A DNA stretch of 44,404 bases, counting the filler, from Jimgerdemannia flammicorona (lineage: Eukaryota): NCBI GenBank assembly GCA_003990765.1. It is 2 parts of 2 records of this genome, joined end to end, with 100 filler letters (N's around TTAATTAATTAA, not from the genome) between each part and the next. Parts side by side here need not be neighbours in the genome. Positions count along the whole stretch, not along the records: positions 22,262 to 44,404 come from RBNJ01001327.1; 1 more part is not named here. One strand, 5' to 3'. Made by a program: the position numbers and the translations under genes. Under the pieces are notes generated by a model, which was not told the DNA's origin, ran no database searches, and saw only the letters and a program-made list of their open reading frames with translations. This document shows positions 22,732-35,649 of the stretch, in pieces (within the stretch, counting starts at the first letter, position 1; every line of letters begins with the position of its first letter).

Positions 22732-23372
22732 TGGCTAGTAGAGGGTGGGGTGGTGTAGGGGCCAGTATCCTGGCTGTACCCAACTGGAACTAAGAGCTGA
22801 TGCAGCAATGCGATTAAGGCCCACAGGCTTGGGGAGTGGGGCCTTCCTCATTTGGCAGTATATGACTGGAACCAGGAGCTGACACAGCAATGTGATTGAG
22901 GCCCGCAGGCTTGGAGAGTGAGAGTGGGGTCTCTTCAGACCCTAGCCCATATGTAAGTCCTTTGAGGAAGGTGCTGCATGTAAGTTCTTTACTCACCTGC
23001 TTTGAATCTACTTTGCTCTCTGTTGGTTGATTGAAGGGTTTTTTCTTTACCTCAGGCTTTCTTTTGGGGTTCAGGGGGCTATTCTTTATTCAGTCCTGGC
23101 ACTGCTAGATTCAATATATAGATGTGCTCTCACATGTAAATGATGATCCAGCCCTGGTGAGCAGACAAGTCTAGTATATATCATGGGGGTTGACATAGCT
23201 AGTGTTCAACAGGTATAGCTGGAGCAGTGGGACTGTTGGACAATTTAGTAGCCTAAGTTAATGGGGGGATATTATTCAGTAGGTAGTGGGGGAGGGTTTT
23301 GGCCTATATAGTCTAGGTTCCCTTCCAATAAAAATCCATGAGACTATGAGTCTGTTAAAAAAAAAAAAAAAA
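22732..23372 (+). mobile_element. 3' end of a poly(A) retroelement, homologous in inverted orientation to about 24088-24640
   Basis: Ends in an A run at about 23357-23372. 22920-23240 matches the reverse complement of 24310-24620. Confidence 0.65.
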
Positions 23373-24030
23373 TCAGCATATCCTTCAATGACCCAGCCTT
23401 ATCAAAGCCCACCTCCACTCCTTTTAAACCCTTCAGAAACTTCATAGATACCATACTACTCATTTGTTTAGCAATTAGTCCTAAGATTATTTTTACTATT
23501 ACTACTAAGCCCTGGAAGTACAAAGTAACTATGAACTCTGAGATTGCCTTTTTGAGTAATAGAACTACTGCTAGGCCCATCACACTATCTACTAGATCTT
23601 CCAACTGCTCAGGTTCCATCTTTCCAGCCCTACTATCAGCAGTCATACCCCCAGCCACTATACCACCAGCCCTACTACTCAACACCCCCAAGAGAGTCTC
23701 CCCCAGCCCTCCAGTAGTAGCTTTCTTCTTGCTACTCTGCAGTCATCCATCTAGTTTAGCCACTATATCTCTCTGCTTAATCTTCTCAGCAAAGCTCATC
23801 TGCTTCCTCTCTAACTATACTATACCTCCTCCTCTACTACTGCTGACCCCTCTTCCTCCTGACAAAGTACTTAACATTCCCAACCCTACTCTCTGACCCC
23901 TCCTCACATACTGCCAGCTGAATACACTAGGGCCCTCTATCCAGTATACTTCATAGAACTCTAATTTGAAGATATATTCTTAAGACATTTCTTCAAAGAA
24001 TAGTGTAAAAGTAGTTGATATGTGTTTGTA
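23373..24030 (-). mobile_element. LINE 5' UTR and ORF1 N-terminal fragment (related to 37016-44404)
   Basis: DLVDSVMGLAVVLLLKKAISEF..MKFLKGLKGVEVGFDKAG matches ORF1 at 39045-39260. Confidence 0.8.
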
Positions 24031-24087
24031 TAATGTGAGATATATCAGGAAGATGTTGTATCTTTTTCTTCTTTATAAAGTTTATTT

Positions 24088-24094
24088 TTACTAT

Positions 24095-24142
<48 letters not shown>

Positions 24143-26200
24143 ATTTTTCTTTTTTTTTTTTTTTTTATTTTTATTTTTTTTAAAAAGATCAAGTCTCTGC
24201 AGATTTTTATTAGAAGATAATCTAGACTATATAGGTCAAAACTATCTCCCATCTCTCTCTGAGCACTACTCTATTGTCCTTAGACTATAGAGAGAATTTA
24301 TAGTTCTACTATTCTAGCTATATATATCAAACACTAGCTATATCAACTCTAACTATATAGATCAGACTTATCTATTTATCTGAGCTGGATTATCAGGACT
24401 AATATCTGTAAGAACACATCTACACATCAGATCCAGTAATACTAAGACTGAATAATATAACTTCTCTAATCTCAAACATAAGTCAGAGGTAAAAGAAAAA
24501 TCCTCCAACCAACTAATAAGAAGTAGAATAGATTCATAGTAGGTGAATAAAGAACTTATATAGAAGATACTCTCAAAAGGACTTATATATAGACTAAGGC
24601 CTAAAAAGACTCCACTCCACTCTCTGCCAACTAATTGAAAAATCCCACTGAGATAATATCTACCTCAATTCTGATGATTACCTCTAGTCTAATATCTTAC
24701 TAATTTACTATTATTACTCTTCCTTCTATCTGTGATAGCTATCTCCTCTCTCAATCTGATCTCATCTAAAAAACAGTTATCTATACTAGTATTATACTTA
24801 CTGGAAAGCTTACAAAAGCTCAGAGGGCCCCACTATAAGTACTGAGGATCTGTAGATAATCTATACTAGTATTTGATACTCAAGATCAGCCAATACTCTA
24901 TATAGTCCATAATATACTAAGATAATATCTTGTTGATGATAGTAAAGAAAGAAGATGTTATACTAAAACAAGTATACTCTAGATATGTTAGAGATATCAG
25001 AAACTATGAAAAAGTAGAAAAAGTACTAATTTAATACTAATAAAGAGATAACTCATTATTATTATCTCTCTTCTACTATATCTATATAGGTACAGCAAAC
25101 CAATTCAAGATAAAGGAGATAAAAGTAGAGAAAAGAAGACTCAGAAGATCACTCACCAATCTTATATTTAGTATGGTAGTAGAGAAAGATATACTACTTC
25201 TACTATCTTTACTAATGAGATAAACTTTAAAGATTTGACTCTCTTAACTTTTTTACTAATAACTTATTACCTCTCTAATAGATATTCTTAAACTCAGAAA
25301 GTTTGCTAAAATAGTTCAGATAGATACTGACTTATAAAATAAAGATCTTATTACTAGTTTGTTAGACTTTTAATACTAAAAAAAACCTTCTTTCAATTAC
25401 TCACTACTCTACTAGCTATAATCTTAGTTATATTTTCTCTAATTATAATATCTCTCTCAGTTACCTGTTTTGTCTTATAATATACTATTCTATCTCTTTA
25501 CCTCTGATCTTTATCTCTTATCTAATCTATTATCAACTTCTCTCTCTATCAATACTATATCTTCTTCTCTCTACTATTATAGACCTAGTAGCCTCTCCTT
25601 TCTCTTTATTACTATATACTATTTTTCAACTTCTCTCTTCTTTCCTAGCTCTCTCCCACTCTCTTCAATACTCTCAGTATTAATAATTATTATAAAACTT
25701 TTAAACAATTTCAGTCTAGGCCTCTTTCTCTTTAGTCTTTTTGAGCTTATCAATTCTTAGCTCATTATTTCTCTAAAATTTAATAGAATACCTCTAAAGT
25801 AGTTGGAAATAAAAACTAGACTTATACTACATCTGATATACTCTAAAAGATAAAGTAAAAACTATTAAATATATTGGTTTTTGTAAAAGTATATACTAGT
25901 GGCTTGATTTTCTTTAAATAGTTTAAAAAAAAGAAGTTCTATTCTTACTAATTCTAATTTCTATTTTAACTATCTGCTCAGCTTTAGAATTTCTAGTTAA
26001 ACTTTTTATCTTTAATTCTATCTATCATATAATCTCTTATCTGACTCTTTTCTCTATATCTCTCTACTCTCTTCAATATCTCTAGAACCTATAGTAGCTA
26101 CAAAACTCCTAAACAGTCTTGGCCCAGGCCTTTTTCTTTCTGATCTCTTAGAGCTAGTTGATTTTTGACTTAATATTCACTTAAAACTTAACATATTTTA
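24088..26200 (-). mobile_element. Heavily mutated poly(A) retroelement relic
   Basis: T-rich tail of about 90 nt at 24088-24181 and a TpA-saturated body. An internal segment is duplicated (about 25650-25780 and 26060-26190). The 5' boundary is uncertain. Confidence 0.5.
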
Positions 26201-27087
26201 ATAAGTATAGTTATGTTGATCATTTGTGTCAATCTTGAGTATAGTATATAGATGGCAGATATTTGTCTATTTATGAAGATAAGGATAATATTACCAAATT
26301 CTGACTAATAGGATTGATTATATCATGTGAATCATATAGTGAAATTTACAGGCAAATTTTACAGGCAAATTTGGTCAACAATATAAGAGATAAATAAAAA
26401 ATAAACTTACTTTAACAAAGGATATACTTGTGGTTTAGCTCTCTCTAATTGGTTCAAGAAAAAGAAGTCTAATAATAAATCTTTTATACATATAACTTCT
26501 ATCAACTATTAACTTTCTTAAATATATATATATATTTTTTATTATAGATAATTTTATTGATTTTTATATTTCTAATAATTATTAGAAAAAGATCTTAAAG
26601 AATAAAATAGAAGATATAATAACTTAAATTATTTTATTTCAAATTTAGAGTAACACTTTAAATTGATTCAAAATATTTTATATCTTATGATAGTAAGTAT
26701 AGTAAGTATAAATTATTTATTATTACTAAACTTGTTACTACTTCTTTTTGACATATCTCGTTGAGGGGATATTTTACAACTCGATATATATTTACGTCTT
26801 ATTTGTGGCTTATGTACGACGTCATTAATGTTACGTCACTAACAACCACAACGAGCAAAACCATTATCAATAAAGTGCCACCCTTCGCCATTACGATTTA
26901 CAACAGATTTCCCATGCTCCGTAGTAAACGTTTCACCACGTGTATATGTTACTGGGGAAACGTTGTTATCCCGGCTGTCCAAACTGCCTGTGATGTGTTT
27001 TGACCATTACATCAGCAACAAATTGTGACCACCATTGCTCATTCGGATAAGTCGCCTGACCACTCTTTTACCGCACGCCACAACAAC

Positions 27088-27675
27088 ATGGCCCAGCAAC
27101 CAACCTCCGATTCTCCTTTCGCCAAGGACATCCCGATGGATGATGACCGTCGCGGGTATAATGCTATGCTTTTATCTCATGCCTTGGGGGACGTATATCT
27201 TGTTTTGATTGTTCGAAAAATCTTTGTAGGGGGAAGGGAGAAGAAATCGTCATCAAGATCAGAACGCTGGATGTCAATAAACCGGAGGAGTTATTCAAAA
27301 TCGAGAAGGAAGCTACCTTGGGCAAGTTGTTTTTCATGCTTGAGCAGGTAAAATTTCGTCGTCAAAATGCCTTAGTGCCGTTCGTCATATATTATGCGGC
27401 ATGGACTGAAACTCCAGGTGAACCATGCCCAGTTTAACCCCAAAGGTCTCGACTTCTTACTGAAACGAGAGCTCGAGGGGGATCGGTTTGAAGATATCGA
27501 TCCCAATAATGAGAATCGCACTCTGTCGGAGATTGGAGTCACGAAGGAATGGACCATTGTAATGGTGGTGAGTACAAAGAAACGGCTCTTTTACGTTCAC
27601 GGAATCATGAGCCTTCTGTTTTTACCAAGAAACAATTTTTATTTATTTACACAATATCAACAGGAGGAAAAATGA
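27088..27675 (+). CDS. 115-aa protein with probable ubiquitin-like (beta-grasp) fold, 4 exons
   Basis: Exons 27088-27155, 27230-27347, 27418-27567, 27664-27675 splice in frame via GT-AG introns: MAQQPTSDSPFAKDIPMDDDRRGGKGEEIVIKIRTLDVNKPEELFKIEKEATLGKLFFMLEQVNHAQFNPKGLDFLLKRELEGDRFEDIDPNNENRTLSEIGVTKEWTIVMVEEK. CpG content is normal. Confidence 0.8.
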
Positions 27676-30600
27676 TTAATCGAATTGAGCTCTCGCAATG
27701 ATACAATTTAAGCACAAGTAGTCTATTGAATTGTATTCCGCATCTAAATAAATTATTTGCTTGAGAGGCAATCTGTCAAAGTAAAACAGCATATCGGACA
27801 TTAGTTAAGAATCATATTCAACACTCTCCCTCCTCTCAAAAAAAAAAAAAAATAGAAGTCGCCTTCCCACTATGCTGAACTATTTACTTCTTGGAACCTT
27901 TTGTGAGAATTCGTGTTCTCATTCCGGACAGTACACCAATGATTTAATTTGTTGCTTATCGCCATACACTCGGCATTGAGCACAATCTTTTCGCTAGAAT
28001 CAACCCTCTTCCCAGTCTTCTCTTGAGTAACTCATCCTACCAAAGTTAACCTCTGAATTTGAAACGCTGACGAGAATCCGCGGCAGGATTCAACCGGTTC
28101 GGTGCGAAACAGTACCAGTCCGGAGAACGCTGCAACCTACCAATGTGCAACTTCAGTGACATTCAATTATTGCCAACGGACGTAGATAAGATAGCATATT
28201 ACCTTTCCTGGCACCCGTCGATTTCAAGAGAGGCTTGCGGTTTCACCGCCTTGAGCATTTCTGCGGAAGACGAACATTCCGAGAATGGATATGGCGTCTA
28301 CACGTTCCTCCAGGAGTTTTTAATGTTGCTCGGGGACGCAGCTCCGGCAGTATTTCACGTTTAGAATTAGTTCTCCGTTTTGAATCAAATAGTTGCAAAT
28401 TCAATTCTCACAATATAACTGCGATTAAAAAGTGACTTAGGAGTATTATTGTAACACTAATAACTAAGTCCCTTTTAATTCTGAATCCCTCATACATATG
28501 TCAAGAATATGAAATACAGACAGGATTCGAGAAACTCCTCTGCCCATCGGACTTGGGAATATAACATCACTTGTCTCAGCGGAAGTTTAAGCCAGATGTT
28601 ACCCATGACATTGATGTCAGATGATAATATGGCAAAAATTCGCATGTATATTGAAGATATATAAGCATATATAACCACTCCGATTAGACTTTTCTATTCT
28701 TTCGACCTCACATGGTAATGCAACATTTTATTTGAAAGTATGTCCGACATCGACGACCCGAACGATTTAAGCAAGATCGTCGAGCTCGTTGACTCTGCCT
28801 TCGTATTTCCGGACCCACTGCCGTCATCCTTCCTCGTCATCAAGGCACCTGAGACTGCAGCTACAACCCTCCTCGTCCAGATTGAAATGCTCTTTCGTGG
28901 GCCATATCAAATGCCTCTAGTGTACTGGTGCGATGGGTGGTAGGTGTCAATGGGATGGCTGCCTGGTTGGGAGCTCAAGGACTGGAATAAAATCTCAAAT
29001 AGGTGGAACCGACGGAGGTAAATATTGGTCTCTGATATTCGTGTTTTCGCCCAAGTGCACTTTCTGGGATGCAAAGAGATAAGGAAGAAGTATGCAAGAA
29101 ATATAGGAAATCCATACCGACACTATTTCTTGGTTATCTTGACGCCTCTAGGAGATCTCACTAACCTTTCATTTATACCTAAAGGGCCGGCTTTTTTTTT
29201 TTAGATGAATTCATACTGCGCGAATTTTCGCACGACAGTATGTATTCATACTTGGAATGTTTAATAGAATTCCTGCAATAACATCCCCCCGGCAAATATT
29301 TTAACTCATACGATTACTTTGTTATGATTGACAGAGATTCGCGACATCAGCAAATCCATTGGCTTAACACGCCGCTTTATGGAGTGAATGAATGCGCGCC
29401 GTGCGAGTCATGTCACTCTTAGGGTTGGAAATTTTACTCACAGTTCAATGTCATTGGTTTCGTGATATAATTCCATATAGAAGAGTTGTGTGGTTCTCAA
29501 AAATTGTTTCTCTTTCTTTAGGTTATATCAAGCAATAACAGAAACTCATTGAATTTAGTAGGGGCCTTTCGTAATCACTGCGTATCGTTTGGCGTCAGTA
29601 ATAGATATATTATTTTTGTGTGCACAAGTCGAGACATGGCATTTTACAACCAATCAAATACGACACGATCACCGGGCGACCGAGAAGGTACCGACTCATG
29701 TTTTTTTTTTTTTTTTTTTAAATGTATGTCATATAATCGGGGTTTGATGAAGTATTAGTGCAGGAGATCAAGCAGGTACCAATACAAGTCGGAGTGCGAT
29801 GCTTCACAACTTACAATAAAATTTCTGGAAATAGTGAAAAAGACATACATAATAAAAGAATTATATGCAACTATTATGATGAATAAGTTGTAACGATATT
29901 ATAATTCCTTCCAATCTCCATTTCAGAAATCTGATTTTCAATCCGTGCTTTGCTCGCTTCACATGAAAGCTCGACCACCAAAGTTTAGAATACCACTGGG
30001 AGAGGGGATTCAACGTCAAATAATGATTGTCCTCACACAGGCCAAAGATGGAATGCGGGCCACAACCATTCGTAGCAGCGGAGATAATGCACCCAGCATC
30101 ATATCTTTCAGCTTTCGCTTCGAGAATACTGCAGTGGACGCATCACGAAACCACATCATGCCTTGCGTTTTCATTCACTACAATCTCGATATTTGGCATA
30201 ACCATCGGTTGAAAATATGAAATCAGACGGGGGGTATTTGTTACTTCATAGCGGGGTATCATGATTGGTTTTAATCGACAACCAGGTCAATGCAATGACC
30301 GTCTAGATTACTTGACGGTTTTTTACATTTTCGTTTGCAAACAGTCGTGATAACAACGCGGATCGGATACACGTTGTCAATAACATGCAAACAGTTTTGT
30401 TTCCATTCCTGGATAAGTATTCTTGCCATCCTCACAAAAGAAAGTAAAATTTATAATAAAGAACGGAGTATTTGCATACTTCACGCTAACGATACACTCC
30501 CGAATAATTTTTTGCAACTAATTATTTATTTTATAAATATATATATATATATATTCCACAAGGTAAAAGTATTAATATCGATAACGAAAACAGTGATGCA

Positions 30601-30761
30601 ATTTTGGCAATCCACCACCACACATCGCACCCGTGATCGTCTCTAAAGTTCTCAGTCATAACTAATAATTGTTCCATGGTTTCATAGTTCCCATATCAAT
30701 CTCTTTCGGGATCATTTGGTACGTCGCAATAACTCTATTCCTCGTCTCTGTCGACCTCAGC

Positions 30762-32310
30762 TCACTGTTTGGCGGAACTCTGTTGAGCGTCAAGATAGGT
30801 GTTCATTGCCTGCTCTGGAATCACATCGTCGGGCTTACGAACGGAAAAGACTCGGCCTACCCCAAATTGCCGGTGTTGGGAAAGAAGCGGAAGGTTCGCG
30901 TCGGCATCGAAGGCTGGGCTGTGGAACCCAGGACCGCCACGTTCACTGTGACAGTTCTGTACCGACTGGATCGGTGACCTAAAGGAACCCGCGAGAGTAT
31001 TGTACGAATCTGCTGATTTATTTTGGTGGTCGCTGTATCCACCCTGACCAATGTGAAATGACTGGGCCAGTGTTATGACAGAATTCGAGCTAGGGGAGCG
31101 CGTGTCAACCGCATGCACTTGTAGCTCGAGAGTAGATTCCTGAGCGTCGTCTGAATTGGCTACTTGCACTTGGCTCTTTTCGATAGCGCGCGGTGGAGGA
31201 GCGGGTGGTGGCTCGTTTCGGGGATCCTGCAGAGGATTGTTTTGAGCGCGTTTTCGCCACGGTTTGTCAATGGTGATGAAGATAAGGATTCCAGCAAACA
31301 CCAACATGCCGCAGAATATGCCGATCAGACCGCCGAGGCCACCGACGACGGCGAGTTCGCTAGGAGTTCCATTGGTAATAAGCACGTTGATGGTTATGGT
31401 GGTGGTGGTGGCGGCGATGGTGGTGGATGAGGTATCTGGAGGGTTGGGGGTGAAACTAGTGGTCCATTGAAATGGCGTTGTTCTGGTGTCTAAGATGCCG
31501 ATATCACTCGAAATTGCGTTGTCATCGTTGCCTGTCCTACCTGATTGATATCAAAATCGATTCAGAGGGAAATAAAAATCATTAAAACCTATGGGACAAT
31601 GCACATTTAATGAATTAAAATAATGAACCAAAACAATGTCCGAACAGGACGGATAAGGTAAGAGAATAAATCCCCACACTTACCAAAAAGGAGGAGCAAA
31701 TGCTCGTTGACGATGATCGATGGCAGGGACCTCCTCGGAGTGGGTACATTCCCGACGACATTTTCTTCTGACCATGACACGTCCGCGTTGAGTCCAAAAA
31801 CGTCGTTGAATGTAACTTGGGCATTTTCTGTTCCGCCGCAGCAGACAATTATAGACATGCCCTCAGTGCCTATTAAGTAAGGACGACTTAATCGGTTTTC
31901 GGCGCCCAAGAGATTGATCCAGCAGAAATTAATTGTGCTCAATGTATAAACAAATAAATTAATAAATAAATAAGTGCGTACCCAAAACAGCGATGTGACG
32001 ACGTCGATAATTAGGCAAATTGCCCGTTGCATTGTTAAATATCCATATCGCGGTGTTTGTGCTTTTGAGAGGAAAATAAACAGATTTCAGTGTAAGAAAA
32101 TACTTTGATAATATGAGCATACGTTGGAAATATATTTACCCGAAAGTGGGAATTTCACTCATGGGCGCGTAGATCGTTTTCACAGACGTAAACGGTGTGC
32201 TTGATTAACAAGGCGGAATGGCCAAACTGGCCGCGAGGAGTGAAGGCCGAAGCAAAGTGGGCTACAGTGATGAACACCACGGGATATGCCAGCAAGATAG
32301 GATTCAACAT
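30762..32310 (-). pseudogene. Kelch/galactose-oxidase-like repeat single-pass membrane protein, apparently internally deleted and frameshifted
   Basis: Signal-like MLNPILLAYPVVFITVAHFASAFTPRGQFGHSALL. Kelch-like exons TGNLPNYRRRHIAVLG / SIIVCCGG..FNDVFGLN..W..GNVPTPRRSLPSIIVNEHLLLLFG / DIGILDTRTTPFQWTTSF. Thr-rich stalk, TM GLIGIFCGMLVFAGILIFITI, then WRKR. The exon 1 frame stops at 32155-32157. Confidence 0.78.
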
Positions 32311-32849
32311 AGTGAAAACGACATTAGCGACATTGGGAAATTCTCTCCGATAGATATATGAGCTTCATCCGTCGATCGGTTCCTTTTTGAATTTGATTGA
32401 CCTTCGGACTGAGGCTGAGGCCCAGGCCCACATGGAAGATCCGTCGAAAATTATTTGTATGTGCTTGATAAATTTCCAGGAAATTGCTTCTTACTCTGAT
32501 AAATATTTTCCAAAAATAAAATAAAATAAAAATAAAATCACATTGCATTTTTTAACATATCTTTATCCTAGCACAAGAATAATTATATCACTATTGGATT
32601 ATTTTGAGTATAATTTACATGCTTGTATGTCTTCTGCAGCAGAATGAAACTACAGCCTTCTTTTATCAGCCTGAAATTGCCACCTTGCAATTAGTCCTTG
32701 GACATTTCGCTTCGTTTCTCAGCAAACTATCACCCAAATTTCTTAATCTTCTCACTAGGACCACAATAATTGTATATACACAAAGTATTATCAAAATTTG
32801 GATGATGCGTCCCAAGGGCTTGAAATTGGTTGCTAGCGGTTGAAGCATG

Positions 32850-33330
32850 CGCAGATAATCATCAGAGCACCATTATCAAGCAGGCGAATTATCGTCAGCA
32901 GGGTAGGGTGCAAGAGGGCGAAGCCCAATGAGTCTGCGGGCGGATCATTGTCGGAGCGCTATTAATAAATTACAAGCTGGTAAGTCATTGTTGTCATAGG
33001 CCGAAGCGTGAGGCTATCGGCGGATTGTCGTCAGAGTGCCATTGTCAGGCGAATCGTCATCTGGGTACAAGCAGGCCGATGCAGGCAGATTGTCGACAGA
33101 GCCCATTGACAGTCAGGGCCGAAGCGTGAGGCTGCAAGAGAGCCATCGTCAAAGTGCAAGCAGGCGAATTGCCGTCAGGGTGCAAGCGGTTTGACGATGG
33201 CGGATCGTCGTCAGAACGCCATTGTCAAAGTGCAAGCGGTTTGACGAAGGCGGATCGTCGTCAGCGCGCCATTGTCAAAGTTCAACCGGTTTGACGAAGG
33301 CGGATTGTTGTCAAGCGCCATTGTCAAAGT
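32850..33330. repeat. CpG-rich ~50-bp tandem repeat
   Basis: GGCGGATCGTCGTCAGAGCGCCATTGTCAAAGTGCAAGCGGTTTGACGAA-like units at 33199, 33249 and 33299, with degenerate units back to about 32850. Confidence 0.85.
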
Positions 33331-34171
33331 GGAATAGTCGTGTTCCAACCATATCCAGATCGACGCTCTTTTGTTTGTCTTTGTGACCACAACAGATGAT
33401 TTTCGAACGTCGATCCATTCACACTTAAACGACGTTCTTTCCCGACTTTAGGTTACTACGCCGAAAATAATGATCTGGGCTCCATTTAAAATAATAACCT
33501 GTTAAATATTCATGCAAATGACCAGATATTTTTTATACCAAATTAATTACGGTGCTAAAATCATCCAGCCTATGGCGAAATTTGACAGCGACGCATACAC
33601 AGGGGTATAGACACAGCGATTGCTTTATTTTATTTTAGTCACTCTACCAATTACGTAAGTCGTCTCCCCCGATTTTACACACTATGGTTATCCATAGCGT
33701 ATCAGGTGAATGTCCACCCAGCATGTTTCAAAGTTACTGTGTGACAAACTCACTCTAAATTTATCGGCCATCGATCATTACTATCAATTTTCTCTGACGG
33801 TTTCGTCATTGAAAGGTTACATCATCCTGCACATTTGAGTACGGTGCAAGTTACAAAGTGCAAGATCATTATTTTAATGACCATGTAGCTGAAGATATCA
33901 ATACAAAGATAACATAATAATATATGAAGATAGTAATATTGCAGATTCAGAAAGGTCAGAAAAAGATAAGTAGATCTCGCGACATTTACGTTTAAGGTAG
34001 GACACCGCGACTTCGCGACATAATTTCCTAGGCAGACAGTTTCCCGACGCGAACTTTTTGGCATTATACACACTAATATATTCCCATACTCTGTTTTGTC
34101 TGGTCATATGTAGTAATGGAATGGATGTCTCTTCTGATGTCACACAACAAGCAAAATGCCAGCAATGTGTG

Positions 34172-34731
34172 TTGTTTGCTGAAAGTAATATGGATTACAA
34201 AACAATAAATATAATTTTACAATAAATATATCTTATATGAGTATCTAATACTATTTACTATATATCAATCAAAAATTAAAGCTTTGTGAGAGGGTATGAG
34301 ATATACATTTGCTATTGGCCAACTAGATACAACCTACTATGTGGGTTGTAAGTAATATTCTGATGAGTTCTGTATAAATATCTCCCAATTGTTACATTGA
34401 TTCAGATGGCTCAAAAGTTGTATACTTATATAATAAATTTAGCTATTTCTATATTATATACTCCTATCATGCATATATAGATTAAATTAAATTTCTTAGA
34501 TGGAGATAATATAATCAAGATACATGTGTACTTAACTTATTTTTTAAAGAATTTATATTTTTAAGTTTTATATATAACTTATATTTTTGAAAAATTTCAA
34601 AAACTTAATAAATATATATATATAAGATACTTTTCTGTAATATTTTTAAAGATTAAAATATTATTAATATATACTAATAGAATGAGAAAGATTTACTCTT
34701 TAAATATCTTATTTATAAAGTCTAAAAAGTA
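34172..34731 (+). repeat. AT-rich direct repeat, copy 2
   Basis: Matches 22262-22731. Confidence 0.9.
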
Positions 34732-35649
34732 GTAATTATATTAGTAAGATTAAAGAAGATTATAAAAAGTAGTCTTAAGATATTTTTAAATTTAATTTAA
34801 ATTTAGTAATAACTAAATATAAGATTAGGCATTTAAGAACTTAGTTATAATAAAACTATATATTATAACATAGTAGATATATAACTGTATAAGTATATTG
34901 GATTTCTATATCTTGAAAACTTAATCTTCTTTAACTTCACAAAGTTCTTAGAATGTAGGAGTGGGTGAGTTCAAAGTATATCTATCTGTAGGCTTACTAG
35001 TTCTCTTACTTTCTCTTTACTTTGAACTATTTTAATCTGAGATTCATTCACTTTAGATACTGAAGATATTTATATAAGTTTGCTAGTTATAAGGTAACTA
35101 AGTTATGAGTCACTTTTCACAAGTATCAAATCTTTCAACATCTGCTAAATCTTTGATGATTGCTAAACTCTTAATATTTGTAAAATGACTGCTATTTGTA
35201 AGACTATACTATATTTGGATATTAGATTTAGATATGTAATTAAATGTCTATTTCTCTAATTCATATTCCTAATTTGGATCAACTATCACAACTTCCTCCT
35301 GAATAGGTGATTTGTCTCTAAAGCATCTTATTCACTCAAACTTCAAAGCTTCCACAATTTATATCTCCTTGTACTATACAATTTGTGTCATTATATTCTC
35401 CTAATAATGTCTCTTGATATATATAAATTCTCCTAGAGCTACTCTATAAAAAGAGACTAGAGCTGGCTTATCTTCTCTGAATAACAAATATGTCTGAATA
35501 ATACTCTGAATACTATCAAAGGATTTTTCCATGATCAGTGGCTTGGTAGTATATTATTGTCTTTCTATGACTCATTGTACAGCACTGGTGATCTTGAGGA
35601 CTGTGGCAGTATTCAATTTATTAGCTATAATACTTCTTGAGTCAGTTTT

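Noticed and set aside
28060..29030. GC-richer, coding-looking patches (ORFs 28143-28364 and 28740-28943)
   Set aside because: No consistent spliced frame or recognisable motif on either strand. May be a decayed gene, but not supportable without a search.
29945..30646. Short plus-strand ORFs downstream of the kelch gene
   Set aside because: No motifs or splice support; consistent with intergenic or UTR sequence.
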